Below are positions 19,215-33,830 of a stretch of DNA of 64,000 nt, in pieces. The notes below the pieces were generated by a model. That model saw nothing but the letters and a program-made list of their open reading frames with translations. It had not been told where the DNA came from and did not search any database. A program made the position numbers and the translations under genes. The stretch lies in assembly GCF_009914755.1 (NCBI RefSeq), contig NC_060933.1; one strand, written 5' to 3'. The first letter of the stretch is position 1, and the number at the start of each line of letters is the position of its first letter. Source of the stretch: the human T2T-CHM13v2.0 reference genome, Homo sapiens.

Positions 19215-20240
19215 AATAGTAAGAGAACAAAAAGACAAGTTACAGATTCACAGAAAACATCTGCAAAACATATGTGACAAAGCACTGGTATCCAAAATAT
19301 ATAGAGACCTCTTAAAGCAACAATACGAAAACAACCCAGTTTTTAAAATGCACAAATGATCTGAGAAGACAACTCACCAAAAATATAGAAATGGCAAATA
19401 AGTGTATGAAAGATGTTCAACATCACATATCATTAGGGAATTGCATAAGAAACAAGAGATTACTTATATGCCTATTAGAATGACCAAAATCCAAAACACT
19501 GACACTACCAAATGCTGATAGGAATGTGGAGCAATGGGAACTCTCATTCATTGTCAGTGGGAATGCAAAATGGTACACTTTGGAATACAATTAAGCAATT
19601 TCTTACAAAACTAAACTTGGTATTTATCCAAATGGGTTGCAAAGTTATGTCCACACAAAAACCTGCACACTATTTTATCCATAATTGCCAAAACTTGGAA
19701 GCATCCAAGATGTTATGGGTGAATGGATGAACAAACTGCTGTACATCCATGCAATGGAAAATATTCAGCAATAAAACAAAATGTGTTATCAAGCCACACA
19801 AAGACATAGAGGAACTTCAAATACTGAGTGACAGAAAACAATCTGAAAAGGCTACACACTGTATGATTCAAAACTACAGAGATTCCAGGACAAGCATAAC
19901 TATAGGGACTATAAAACGATCAGTGGTTGTCAGGAGTTGGGGGGGAGAGAGTGGGCAGGATAAATAGGTAGAACACAGAAGACTTTTAAGGCAGTGAAAA
20001 TATTCTATATATTGTAATAGTGGATTGATGTCATTATAAAATTATCAAAACCCACAGAATGTACAACACAAAGGTTAAGCCCTAATCATAAATTATGGAC
20101 TTGGTTAATAATAATGTACAAATTGGTTCACTTGGGGAAGAGTTGGTAAGCAGGTATATGGGAACTCTCTGTACTTCCTGCTCACTTTTTCTGTAAACCT
20201 AAAGCTGCTACCAAAAAAAAAGCCTTTAATAAAAAATAAA
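19215..20240 (+). mobile_element. Old L1 (L1MC/MB-like) ORF2 end and 3'UTR
   Basis: L1M motifs gtggagcaatgggaactctcattc, gggaatgcaaaatggtac, ctctgtacttcctgctcac...taaacctaaa and A-tail. Confidence 0.85.
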
Positions 20241-21967
20241 ATGTAAGTTCATCGTGTATCAACTATACGATGTAGCAGCCAAAACTGCAAATTAAATCAT
20301 AGACTATGATGTGCTGTGTGTAAAGAGTTCTGAAACTGGTAACCAAATCTGGATTCAAGCCTAGTATTTACTGTCTTTCCTTTGGTAGGAGCACTTTGGT
20401 AAAGAGCTGCTTTCCCTAATGAACTGGGTAAGAGCGTAATGACTAAAAAGAACTCAGTGTCCCAATAATGACTGAAGGTTTACACTATGTGACCTCCAAA
20501 GTAGATGCCTTAAGAGTGTGTCTAAGATCCTATGATACACATCACAGGATAGAATGTTTAAAATGAGTACTTAAGGACACATAAAAATAAACATTTCTCT
20601 CAAAATACTGAAATCTTTGTGGTGCAATCATGGCTCACTGCAGCTTCGACCTCCTTCCTGGGTTGAAGCGATCCTCCCTCCTCGGCCTCCTAAAACTCTG
20701 GGATTGTGGGTGTGGGCATGAGCCTGGCCAGTAATTTTTTTTAAAAGGGGGGGGGTAGAATTTGAGCCTATTTAAAGCAAAACTCTGTGTGCATATTTTG
20801 TGCTTGCATGTCTTTAGGGAAAAGATTCTCACATGCGACAGTTAATGTACAAATATTCAAAATAAGATGTAAATATCTTCATTGATTTTGGTCATTTTAT
20901 ATACCATTTAATTATATTATTTATTTTAATGACTGTATTCAAATGAATATATTTTAAGGAACCATTAAACAGATCAAAGACTAAATCAAACATATTTTCT
21001 TTTCTTCCAATAGAATAAAAAATGTAGAGATAGCAAAAAAGAGTGTATATTTCACATTGCTTCCATTAAACAATTTAGGAAAACAGTTATTAACCATTCT
21101 TCCTAAGTACAAACAATGCACTAGGCACTGGTCTTAAAACCTGACAGCTAGAAAGGAACTAGAAGATCAAGGCCAAACAGCCAACCATTGCTTGAATCCT
21201 CTACAACAGCACCACCAAGTGGCTATTTATGTGGCCTGTGTCCAAACACCTTCAGCATCAGAAACATGTCTTAGAAGGCAGTCCACTGTGTTAGACCAAA
21301 AAATTTTGTCTAATGATAATGCTATCTATTGGTTCTATTTTTTTTCTCCAAGGCCATACAGAAAAAAATCTAATCACGCTTCCATTTAATAGTCCTTCAA
21401 ATATTTTACAGCAACTATAAACCTCAACTCCTCAATCTAACTTAACAAAGCTATTTCTCATGTATAGTTTTAAAATTTCTCTCATGAAAACTTCCAAGAA
21501 AAAATACAAAAACCATAAGAACTTAATTTTTGAATTTACAAAGGAAAATAGTTCACAAAATGACATACTTCTCCAACTGTAAACTTTAAAGCAACAATTT
21601 AAATACAGACCAATATTTTACTATTGCTGAATGTCTTGAGTAAACTTAACATTAGCAGATACTTGATATTTTAAAAATATTGTCTACAAATGAAATACCT
21701 TCAACAGTTTTTATTTTTAACTAGAGCACAACTGACCAATTCAGAAAATTTATATAAGCCACCATTATATGAAAAGCAGCAATCTCTGAAATCCTCAAGG
21801 AAATTAACATAAGATCTGAAACTTGTACATGTGAGCTTGCACAGGTATGCGCATGCACACATATACCTACACATGTGCTACAGCTGTGCTAATGAGTAAA
21901 AACTATAACTGATGTTTCTTATACAACTACATTCTGAGTGAAATGAATGATTTAAGAAATAATTTCT

Positions 21968-22275
21968 GGCCGGGTATGGTGGCTCACGCCTGTAATCCCA
22001 ACACTTTGGAAGGCCAAGGTGGGTGGATCACCTGAGGTAGGGAGTTCGGGACTAGCCTGACCAACATGGTAAAACCCCATCTCTACTAAAAATACAAAAA
22101 TTAGCCGGGTGTGGTAGTGGGCATCTGTAATGCCAGCTACTCGGCAGGCTGAGGCAGGAGAATTGCTTTAACCCAAGAGATGGAGGTTACAGTGAGCTGA
22201 AATCACACCACTGCACTCCAGCCTAGGTGACAGAGCAAAAAAACAAAAACAAAAACAAAAAAGAAAGAAAGGAAG
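21968..22275 (+). mobile_element. Alu (AluSx-like)
   Basis: Sense dimer. Confidence 0.93.
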
Positions 22276-23158
22276 AATTTCTAACAGAAGAGTTTCTGTT
22301 TTACTACAGTACCAATCATTGAACCAATAGATTATATTTACATTTAAATAACATTTTCACTGTAAAGGTAGTTCCTTTTATTAGCTCATTATTAAAGTGC
22401 AGTGGAAGTTAGTGTAAAATCTGATACTCATCTTCAGTACTGCCGGTTTCAAAAATATTTTCTAGCAACAAAGATGAATGAAACCAGTACTAGACAAAAA
22501 AATGCCAATTTCAACTTAATTCATAATTAATACTTGTGTATTATTCAAGCAATACTTCAGTATTTTAAATGCTCTAAATACTGATAATGTAATTTAAATA
22601 ACTTATATACCATTAATAGGTCACATGATATGATTTATTTTATTCTGAAAGAGCAAAAAGAAAATTCAATGCTGCTTTATATTTTGGTCTACTGAACAAA
22701 AGGTTACTTTCGTACTAAATAAGCTTCAGTGAATTGTCTCAATTGGTCAAGCCATTAAAATGACAATGCATTCACAAGGAGCTTATATTCTGCTTTTATT
22801 GAGCTCACTGTGAACAAAAATAGCTAGTTATGCAAGAAAAGTTAGAGATATTAGATTTTGCAGGTTATGCACATTACAAATAGACAATATTAGTGCACTT
22901 AGAAAACAGGGAATAATCTTTATTGAGCCTATCAGGATTTCTATTTCTTGATATACCTCAGCTTGTTTGGTAACTTCAAGCAAGTTACTATCTAGTCAGA
23001 TTTCAGCTATATTAATATTTATCTGGAAGATGTTTTCCATAAATAAATATTCTAAGTAACTTATCCATTATGCAATAAAACATTTTATATTTTAATCATT
23101 TAGTAGATATTCTTCTAAAAGACTTTAATTCCCTGCTTTTTAAAAAAAGGTTAAAACT

Positions 23159-23634
<476 letters not shown>

Positions 23635-24196
23635 GGTTAAAACTTAATTTAACTATTTGCTAATCATTTAGTCACAACATGAGCATGAACTGTATTGTAC
23701 AATGGTACTGCTACACTTTGATCTTATGTCTTCTCAACTCTGCTTGATGCCATCAGTGTGTTCCTAATGTCTCATACCTCCTTGAGAACCTGAGTGTGGT
23801 TACAGGCTCCTAAGCATAAAAGGCCTGGACTTTTGACATCTGGCTCATTGGAGGTCTTCTTCTCTCCCTCTCTGCACCTTCATGACTGGTTTTTCACATG
23901 ACTGAAGTTCTCATAAAGAAATCACAGTACAACAGCCTGTTGACACTAGGAAGGGAGTTCTAAACAATTCTGAGTGTGTGAACATGGGAACAGAAAAACA
24001 TCTTCTCTTACAAGGTAACATTGGCTAATTTGTGGTCTCCATTCCTTTTTCCTAGGAACTGGAAATCAACCTGCCCATTCTAGCTTTTCTTATCCTTTAT
24101 AGAACATTCTCTTCTCCTCAGATGATGTAATAGCATATCCTCCATACTGCCTGTTCATTTGATACAAAGAGCAGAAACAAAGAAGAAACAGTAGCA

Positions 24197-24246
24197 GTGT
24201 AGTCTAATTATACATGAGGTGTAATCTAATTATACATGAGGTGTAA
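24197..24246. repeat. 22-bp tandem duplication
   Basis: gtgta(g/a)tctaattatacatgag x2, then gtgtaa. Confidence 0.9.
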
Positions 24247-25128
24247 GGTAATATGATTATGATTATATTATATAAAAATAATATGTGTTTAGCATGTATT
24301 TATATGTGACAAATAAATGTCAATTAAACTATGAATCTGAGTTTATGGCGGTGCTCAGAAGAAGTCAGAGTACAAAGACGTAATTTTGTCTGGCTTTATA
24401 TGAGGTTATCACAACAGGACTTTTGAAAAGCAATGGGAATTTTTGAAACAATCAGAAATATTCATAAATCCTACAGTAAATAAATCAGAATTACAGAAAA
24501 TCTAGATTTTGCTCTCTCTACATATAAATTGAACAAATCACTAAATTCGCTGTCTAACCTTTTTTTCCACTTTTTAAATTAAGCAGTAATAAAAGACCAG
24601 TTTTTAAACAAATTCTGCCTAAATAATGACTTGTTTCTCTCTACCAAATAAGTTCATATGACTCATATTTAAGAGAAACTATTCTAAGCCATCAAAGATT
24701 AGGTGATTACATGATAGATAACTTAATCTTCTTGGATGCAACAAATTTTTACTGTTCTGAATTAATTTTATCAGAAACAAATGTGAGCTGGCATTTGAGT
24801 AACTAATAAAAACTTATTTTACTTTCAATTCTTCCTACTAAAGATAAAAAGAAGTAAAAAAGGCATTTAAAAGATTAGCCCTACAAATGTACTTGGCTTG
24901 AATAAATTAAAATTACCACTTTATTTCTGCTAGCTGGTAATGTCAAAAACTACTGATTTAAAGAAAGCAATAAATGATGAAGAAAGTAAGTAAACAAGGA
25001 CAAAATACCTCAGGGGGAAAAAAGTTATGCTATAAAACTTACTGGTTTTTTCCCACATACAACCCAAAGCTACCCAGTTAACATATCTCCAATGTCTTGC
25101 AGCTGATGATATATAAATTACTAAAATA

Positions 25129-25430
25129 GGCCGGGCGTGGTGGCTCACCCCTGTAATCCCAGCACTTTGGGTGGCCGAGGCGGGTGGATCACAAGGTCAG
25201 GAGATCTAGACCATCCTGGCTAACACGGTGAAACCCTGTCTCTACTAAAAATACAAAACATTAGCTGGGCGTGGAGGTTGGCACCTATAGTCTCAGCTAC
25301 TTGGGAGGCTGAGGCAGGAGAATGGCGTGAACCGGGAGGCTGAGCTTGCAGTGAGCCAAGATCGCGCCACTGCACTCCAGCCTGGGCGACAGGGCAAGAC
25401 TCTGTCTCAAAATAAATAAATAAATAAATT
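25129..25430 (+). mobile_element. Alu (AluY-like)
   Basis: Sense dimer, (AAAT)n tail, TSD aaattact(a/g)aaata. Confidence 0.95.
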
Positions 25431-25683
25431 TAATTTAATAAATTACTGAAATAAAACTATTCAAGATGATAATTCTGGTGGCTTCTGTAACTAACTAAAC
25501 ATCATAAAATATAATCATTTCAGTAGCTAAAAGAATCATGAAGTGACTGATTTTTGACCAAATAAATTGCTCTCTTCCTCTATCTGTAAAATGGGGTGAG
25601 TTAGACACTGAAAATTTATTTTTGGTAAAATGCTTCTATTCTTCAGGTAAATTTTATACAATAATCAAGTACTTGGTTCATAC

Positions 25684-25757
25684 CTTGTTTTAATTCCAAA
25701 CCTTCAGGTTGCTTATTCTCTCTCACGGATGAAGCAGAATCTATACAGATGTCTTGC
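25684..25757 (-). CDS. CAAP1: CAAP1 exon 5 (QDICIDSASSVRENKQPEGLELKQ)
   Basis: Acceptor tttcatttcccag|GCAAGAC, donor CAAG|gtatga; 74 nt, phases 2 and 1 fit the neighbouring exons. Confidence 0.96.
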
Positions 25758-27029
25758 CTGGGAAATGAAAATAAGATCAACCTTTAAAACTATATTTAAT
25801 CACATAATATTTACTACCCAGGTTCCCAGAATTAAGTTAGGCACTAGGGAAGACAGGCTACATTCTTCTAAGCTCCCAGGGTATCATTCAGTGTACTCTG
25901 GAAGCTCAGAAACAAGTATTCAAGTGTCAGAAGCAGCAGCTACAAACTACTAGCAATTTAAGCAGTATACTTCTTTGTAAAATCAAGGGGCAAACCTGAA
26001 AGGAACATGGAAGTAATTTTTTCTCCCTTACAATACTCTGCAGGGTAGCTGATAGGAGAAATCACAACTCACAGCAGTATCCAATAATTTTTCAAGTTCA
26101 ACTGTTAAATTTAATGAGCATTTTGGCACTCAAATTACTTTATATTCATTTAATTTCATACCTCAAATGCTTTAATGTCTACAGTATGTGGAAAATACAT
26201 ATTTTATATGTAATATACATATGTAATCAAAGTAAAAGGATTAAATGTAAGATCATGCAAAAAACTTTCAATTCACTATGTTCTGGAATACAGCTGCAAA
26301 ATAATGTGCTTTCTTAGCATTATACCATCTTAATATTAATATACTTTTCAGCAAAAAGGTCAAGAAATTATAAATGTTCAAATGAGCTATGTGACAATTT
26401 TCTTCAAAATAGGTATCTCTGTTGCCTTCTGAGAATTCTTATACATATCCTAAAGCTAACATACTAGAAATATTTAGGAAATCTTCCTACTCAGAAAGTT
26501 GTGTCTGTTCATTAACAGTAACAAATCTGTCAAATAACCGAAGGATTAAAAAAGACTTGTGATCATTTCTTTGAGAAGTTTACAATATTCTTTCCAGTCA
26601 GCACCTCTGGCACTTAAATGTGTTTTGTATTAAAACTGCACTAATACAAGCCCAAACTCAGAGAATACAAAATTATTTGGCTTTGCTGTTAATTATGACA
26701 TCAGAAATTTATAATTGAGATCTCAGTGTTTTATACTTCTGTCCAAAGTCACCTACTCAGATTTTATTCGTTCACCAGAATGACTGGCAGGTCCCAAGGA
26801 GGATATCAACAATTCTCCTTGGCAATCCAGGGAAAGATTAAATGCCAGTATACTACATTAAGAGCTTTGCAAGGTTTAAAGTTAAAATGTGCTACCTCAA
26901 ACCTTCCAGTCAAATTAGATTTTACCTACTGGGAGCATTAGTCTTAAGTATCTTCCTTTAGAGAAAACGTTTGCTTTCACACATCCTAGAATTGCATTTA
27001 ATTATTCTTCTAAACATACACATCTAAAT

Positions 27030-27690
27030 TTACAAAAAAAAAAAGACTTCAAAATATAATGTAACATCACCAATAAGAGGAGGATGGATATATGTAATAC
27101 TCTAAGGAAGACACAACATCATTTATATAATATTCTAGCTGAGAATATATAACCTGTATTATGAAGAATCACCAGACAAACTCAAAATGGAAATGAGTAA
27201 TGTTCTGTTAAGGAAAGTTGAATGTCATTGTTATAAAATACAAAGGCTGTGGATCTACTCCAGGTTAAAGGGTTGCTAAAGAGCCAAGACAATTAAATGT
27301 TATAACTGACCTGAGACTGCTGAACTGGTAGGGAAAACGTTATGAAGGACATTACTGAGTCAAAAGACAAACTGAAATACTGATGGGGAACTGGATAAAA
27401 GTATTTTATCAATGTTAAATTTACTCAAGTTGATACTCTGTTATGGTTACATAATAGAGTATCTCTATCTCTTGGAAAAACACAATGTAACATATAGTGA
27501 AAAGTGTCATGGTGTATATAACTTAGCCTCAAATGTTTCATTAAAAAAAACATGTATGTAAGAAGGAAGTATGCAAATGGGATAGAAGGTCAATAATAAG
27601 TAAATCTTGATAAAGGGTATATGGATGTTTCTTGTACTATTCTTATTCTTGCAACATTGTAATAAGTCTGAAAGTATTTCCAAATGTTTT
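27030..27690 (+). mobile_element. Old L1 (L1MC-like) 3'UTR
   Basis: Motifs gtatatggatgtttcttgtactattcttattcttgcaac, ttatcaatgttaaattt. Confidence 0.7.
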
Positions 27691-28414
27691 AATAATAATG
27701 CAATGTAACTGCCTTCCCTATGAAAGCCTCTTAGAGCCCCTTTAAATAAAAATTGGACCCCTCTATAAGGACTATCTTCTCTCATAAACAATTTAGTTTA
27801 GTGCCCAAAGTGAACTTCTACAACATTCTATTTTAAGTTGGGTTCTATTAGGCTGTTGAAGTCGCCAAACAGAATTTCAGACAGTAAGTATTTTACACCA
27901 CCCTGTGGCAGAAAAGTGAAGTTAGATGCTGTCAGTATTACCTGAAGTAAATGGGGAAAAAAAATCCCAGAAAGTCTTCAATAGTTTGAAAATTTAAAAT
28001 CTATACTAGCTAATTTTTACAAGATGTACTTTATGACTAAAATATAAAGTTCTCTAATACAATTTAAAGATCTCCAATAAATGGCATAAAAGGCAAGATA
28101 TTTACAAAAAGGAAATATCTTAAATTGTAAGAAAATTATGTGTACAGGTCTTTTTATTTCTAGTTTTATGAAAATAAAAATTTTGTCCACTCTCAGGTGG
28201 TAAGACATACTAAGTGCCAGAATCAGGATATATATTTAAATGACATTCAAATATTTCTATCAAACACTTTAAGGAAGAATTTTATAAACAACTGTAAAGA
28301 GAGGAATGGGGAGAGGGTGGGAACACACTGCCAAAGCCAGTTTGGGTTAAGAATTTTGCAATTATCTTTGTGCTCCCTTCCGTTTAAATTAAAAAAAAAA
28401 AAAAAAAAAAAGCC

Positions 28415-28680
28415 TGTTTTTCTTTTTTGAGACAGGTTGTTGTCCCGTCTTCCAGGAGGCTGGAGTGCAGTGATCACAGCTCATTGTAGCCTCGACTTCC
28501 TGTGCTCAAGTAATCTTCCTACCTCAGCCTCCCAAGTAGCTAGGGCTACAGATGTACACCATCATGCCCGGCTAATTTTTTTAAGTAAAGGTGGTATTTT
28601 GCCCTGTTGCCCAAGTTGTTCTTGAACTCCTTGGCCTCCCAAAGTGCTGAGATTACAGGTATGAGCCACCTCACCCAGCT
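28415..28680 (-). mobile_element. AluJ
   Basis: Diverged antisense Alu. Confidence 0.88.
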
Positions 28681-29849
28681 CTGTTTTTATATTTCTAACT
28701 CACTTCTCCTATCTCCAACACTCCTTTAAAGCAGCTTAATTTACAAGCTTGGCATTGAATCACAAGAGAGCCCTATACTTATGACTGAGATTTAAGTTCT
28801 GAAACCAACATCAGTCCAACTTACTTTATTTTACCTCCACAAGCTATCCACTGTCCATCCTTTCTTATAGTTCAATGATTTTTTTAAAATCAGAGTAATA
28901 CACTGGGGAGATCTGTGGAACTTAATAAAGAACCACATATATGAACCCCTAAAAGTTAAAAATATATTTCTAAATATGGGGGGTGGGGGTAAATTTCTTG
29001 TCCAAATGTAAAATAATGGCAAATAAATCAACTCACATCTCTATTGTGTCCCTCATCAAGCCCCTTCCTCAGACAGCAAAATTTAATCCTACACCTGCTG
29101 AAGGAAACTTATCTCTGTTTCCTCTGCTCAAATAATATAAATCAAACGATCAGTTACCACACCCCGGTGCTTTTTCTGACCTGTGATTCTCTAAGGCTTC
29201 ATTGTATATAAACTGTCCCCCACCCTGCGACTCCAAGATTTTGTGAATAGGCATTTTCCTAAATAGGGGGCTCTGTTTTATTTTAAAGTGACTAAAGGGA
29301 ATCACAGAGGTGAGTATAGTATCTCTTCTTTGCTCTATCCCCATATTACTGTTTTAATGTCCTTTCCAACTTCAAAAATCAGCGTTAGATCACTTTGTAT
29401 GGACATTTAAAGGTGCAAACATGCAGGTTTCAAAATGTGGAATGCTATCTACCATTTTAGGTCACAATATTGCCAGTGATTAGTAATACTTTCTGTAAAG
29501 ATTTTCTGAAAAACTGTTATTTTGAATAAACTTATTATGTTATGCAGAACATTCTACATATTATATAACCTAATAGCAATTTACAAAGGATATGAGAACA
29601 TTAAGTGGTGTCCAGATAACCAATTTATGATCCTTTACCAACCCAAAAGCACAGTCTGCTCTTTATATGTGTCTAAGAGAATTGAATTTATAGAAAATAA
29701 TGTCAATATAACAGATTGATCTCAACTGTGAGAAAAATCCTTTTATACATTCAAATATATATGTTTTCTCCTAAATGATTTTTGTAATAAATGAAAAAAA
29801 TAGACACATACCAATGAATTTTTTAAGCAAAAGTAAAGATTAAAAATCA

Positions 29850-30155
<306 letters not shown>

Positions 30156-30440
30156 TTATTGGTTTCTTTAGGTTTGTGTAGCATAAAAGGAATGGAGGGG
30201 GAAATCCCCAATACTCATCAGTATAAAGTAGAATTTTAGGAACAGTCACTGTTACAGATTCCAAGTAAAAATTCCAAAACAAATTTTGTAACATTTTTTT
30301 CCAATGCTTACCATATGGCAAGTACTAATTCTAAAGACTTTAAATCATTTTCTCATTTAATCATCATAACAATCCTATGAGGTAGGATTCTATTTTCCAG
30401 ATGAGAAAAACTGAGGCCTAGGAAGGTTTCGTAGTAGTAA

Positions 30441-30767
<327 letters not shown>

Positions 30768-31349
30768 TAAATAACTTTAAATGGACACTAATAAAATGTT
30801 TAAATGTCTAATAAGAGACTGTTTATGTTCTGGTATACCAAAAAATGGTATAGTAAATAGGCATAAGTATATGTACTGGGTAGGACAAAGTCAAAGAAAA
30901 AGACATTATTATATGGAAGAAATAAATGGGAAAAGGTACAGAATAGTTTGCACAATATGCTACCATTTGTGTGAGAAGAAAATATGTACATATATATGTA
31001 AATGTATAGAATATCTGTGGGAGGAGACACAAGAACTGGTTTACTGTGGTTGCCTATAGGAAGAAAGAATAAGGAATGGCAAAAGGACAGACTTACTCTC
31101 ACTATATCCTTTTAAAATCTTTGTATTATGTGTATGTGTTTATAATTCAAATAAGTAAGTTGTTAAAAAACAGACAATACATGAAGACAAACACTCTGGT
31201 ATAACATTTCTGAATAAGAGCATACACAAGAAAAGGTTAACAGTGGTTACCTTTGAAGCTTGGGACCTTAACATGGATTCTTGGACCATCTCCACCTCTT
31301 TACTGCCAGGTATACGGATTGAATTCAGGAGATTTGTGAATTTGCCTAG

Positions 31350-32170
31350 TGTATTTGTTTCCTATGAATTTTGTAATAAACTACCACAGCTTGGTGACTG
31401 AAAAACAATAAAAATCTATTATCTCTCAATTCTGGAGGCCAGAAGCCCAAAATCACTACAAATTACCCAAAATCAATATACTGGCAGGGCCACAATCCCT
31501 CCAGATGCTCTACAGCAGGGGTCCCCAACGCCTGGGCCACAGATCGGTACCAATCTGTGGCCTGTTAGGAACTGAGCCGCACAGTAGGAGGTGAGCGGTG
31601 GTGGGCAAGCAAGCATTACGGCCTGAGCTCCACCCCACATTAGATTCTCATAGGAATGTGAACCCTATTGTGAACTGCACATGCAAGGGATCTCGGTTGC
31701 ATGCTCCTTATGAGAATCTAATGCCTGATAATCTGAGGTGGAACAGTTTCAGCCTGGTATCATCCTCCCCACATATTCCCTGATGGAAAAATCTTCTTCC
31801 ATGAAACCAGTTCCTGGTGCCAAAAAGCTTGGGGATCGCTGCTCTATAGAAGACACTGTTTCACAAGCCTTAAGGCCCTTTCTTCTATCTCCAAAGCCAA
31901 CATCTCTGACTCTGCTTCCTTATGCTTCTATCATATAGTCTTCTCAAAGACCGTCAAATCTCCTCCTGTTTCCCTCATATAAGGACACTGGATATAAAGA
32001 TACATGCAAGTGATTGCATTTAGAGCCCACAAAAACAATACAGGAAAATCTTCCCAACTCACCATCCCACCTATTCATATCTGTAGTCCCTTTTGCTATA
32101 AAAACTAACATTCACAGATTCTAGGGATTAAGATGTGGCTATGTGGGGGGATTTTCTTTAGCCTACCACA
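31350..32170 (-). mobile_element. MLT1C/D-like MaLR LTR split by MER1B
   Basis: tgtatttgtttcctat...ttctggaggccagaagcccaaaatc...gcctaccaca. Confidence 0.8.
31516..31841 (+). mobile_element. MER1B (hAT-Charlie MITE)
   Basis: Termini caggggtccccaac / cttggggatcgctg; 8-bp TSD ctctacag/ctctatag. Confidence 0.9.
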
Positions 32171-32751
32171 GATGGGGAAAAATTACATCTGTATTTTCAC
32201 TAGAATCCATTTTTTTTAGGTATTAGCATTATCTGTGATTCTGTCATCATTAGAAATCAACATATTTTCACATAATATAGTTGTTGCACACATCCAAAAT
32301 ACTGTTTATACTTAACCTATACTTTAAAATTATTAAAGTTATTAGAACTGCTGCTAGATCTTATTAATATGTCCATAAGTATATTACCATATTGCAAAAT
32401 ATTTTAATATTAACTATTTTATTATTAATTTCCTTTCTAATTCTGTTTTAATCCATGAATTTAAAATAAAAAAAGAGCAAACATCATTTTGAGAAAGAAT
32501 CCATAGGCTTCACTAGACTTCCAAGGGTCCTTGACACAAAAAAGTTTTAGAAGTATGGTACTGCTTTGGAGAAAGAACAAGTATGGGAGGAGGATGGGGT
32601 GAGATCAGAAGGTGAAACAGAAAGGTTTTTATCTTTATTTTAAACTTGTGTACTATTTGAATTTATCTATCTACTATTTATGTACATACAACTCTGCTTT
32701 TATTTGAAAGTCAATAAGAGTTATCTTCAGTTTCGTACTATTCCTTCCTTA

Positions 32752-33243
32752 TTATGCTAGGCTGAATAACAGCCCCCCAAATATGCCCACATTCTAATTC
32801 CCCAGAACTAGTGAATGTTACCTCATACGGCAAAAAACTTTGTGATTGTGATTAAGGATCTTGAAATGGGGAGATTATCTTGCATTATTCTGATGAGCCC
32901 AATGTGGTCACAGTAATCATTTTATAAGGATGTAAGAGAAGTCAGAGTTAGAAGAAATGGCAATATCACCCTGGAAGCAGAGAATGATGTGATATGCTCT
33001 GAAGATGAAGGAAAGGGCCACAAGACAGAGAATATAAGCAGTAACTGGAAGCTGAAAAGGGCAAGAAAATGAATTCTCCCCTCAGAGCTTCCAGAAATAA
33101 CCAGCCCTGCTGACACCTTGACCTCAGCCCAGAAAAACTGATTTTCACTTCTGACCTCCAGAACTATAAGAAAATAAATATGTGTTGCTTTAAACCACTA
33201 AGTTTGTGGTAATTTGTTATAGCAGCAATAGGAAACTAACACA
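32752..33243 (+). mobile_element. MLT1C/D-like MaLR LTR
   Basis: Ends gtttgtggtaatttgttatagcagcaataggaaactaacaca. Confidence 0.85.
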
Positions 33244-33249
33244 CTTATA

Positions 33250-33830
33250 ATTTTAAAAAGTTAATAAATCCCAGCTTACAAGAAAACTCAGAGGATATAG
33301 GAACAAGTCAAATAACACCATGAAGATACAATCAGATAAAGCCAACAGGTGTACAGGACAACTTACCTACTTTCTTCAACACGTTCATTTATTAATAAAA
33401 AAGCAAACAAGAGACAATAGGAAGGTGGACGCAGTTTTACATTAAAAAAGACTTAAGAGAGAGAACAACTAAATGCAATGTGTACTCTTGCTTGTACTCT
33501 GCTTCAGAGAAACCACATGTAAAAGACCTTTACGGAACATCCGGGAAAATCTGAATATGAAATGAATATCACATATTAGAGAATTATTGCTAATTACGTT
33601 AAGTGTTATAAAGATATGACTGCAGAGACAAATATTAAAATTAAAAAATTAGATTTAAAATGTCTAATATACTGAAAATACTATAAGAAAATAGATGAAG
33701 CAAATGTGGAAAACTATAATAATTGTTAGATCTAGATGACAGGTATATGGGAGTTGATACACTATTGTTTCTACTTTTCTATATGCTTGATAATTTTCAT
33801 AATAAAAAGTAAAAAAAAATAAATAAACCA
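33250..33830 (+). mobile_element. Old L1 (L1MD/ME-like) 3'UTR
   Basis: ggtatatgggagttgatacactattgtttctacttttc...ttcataataaaaag. Confidence 0.65.
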
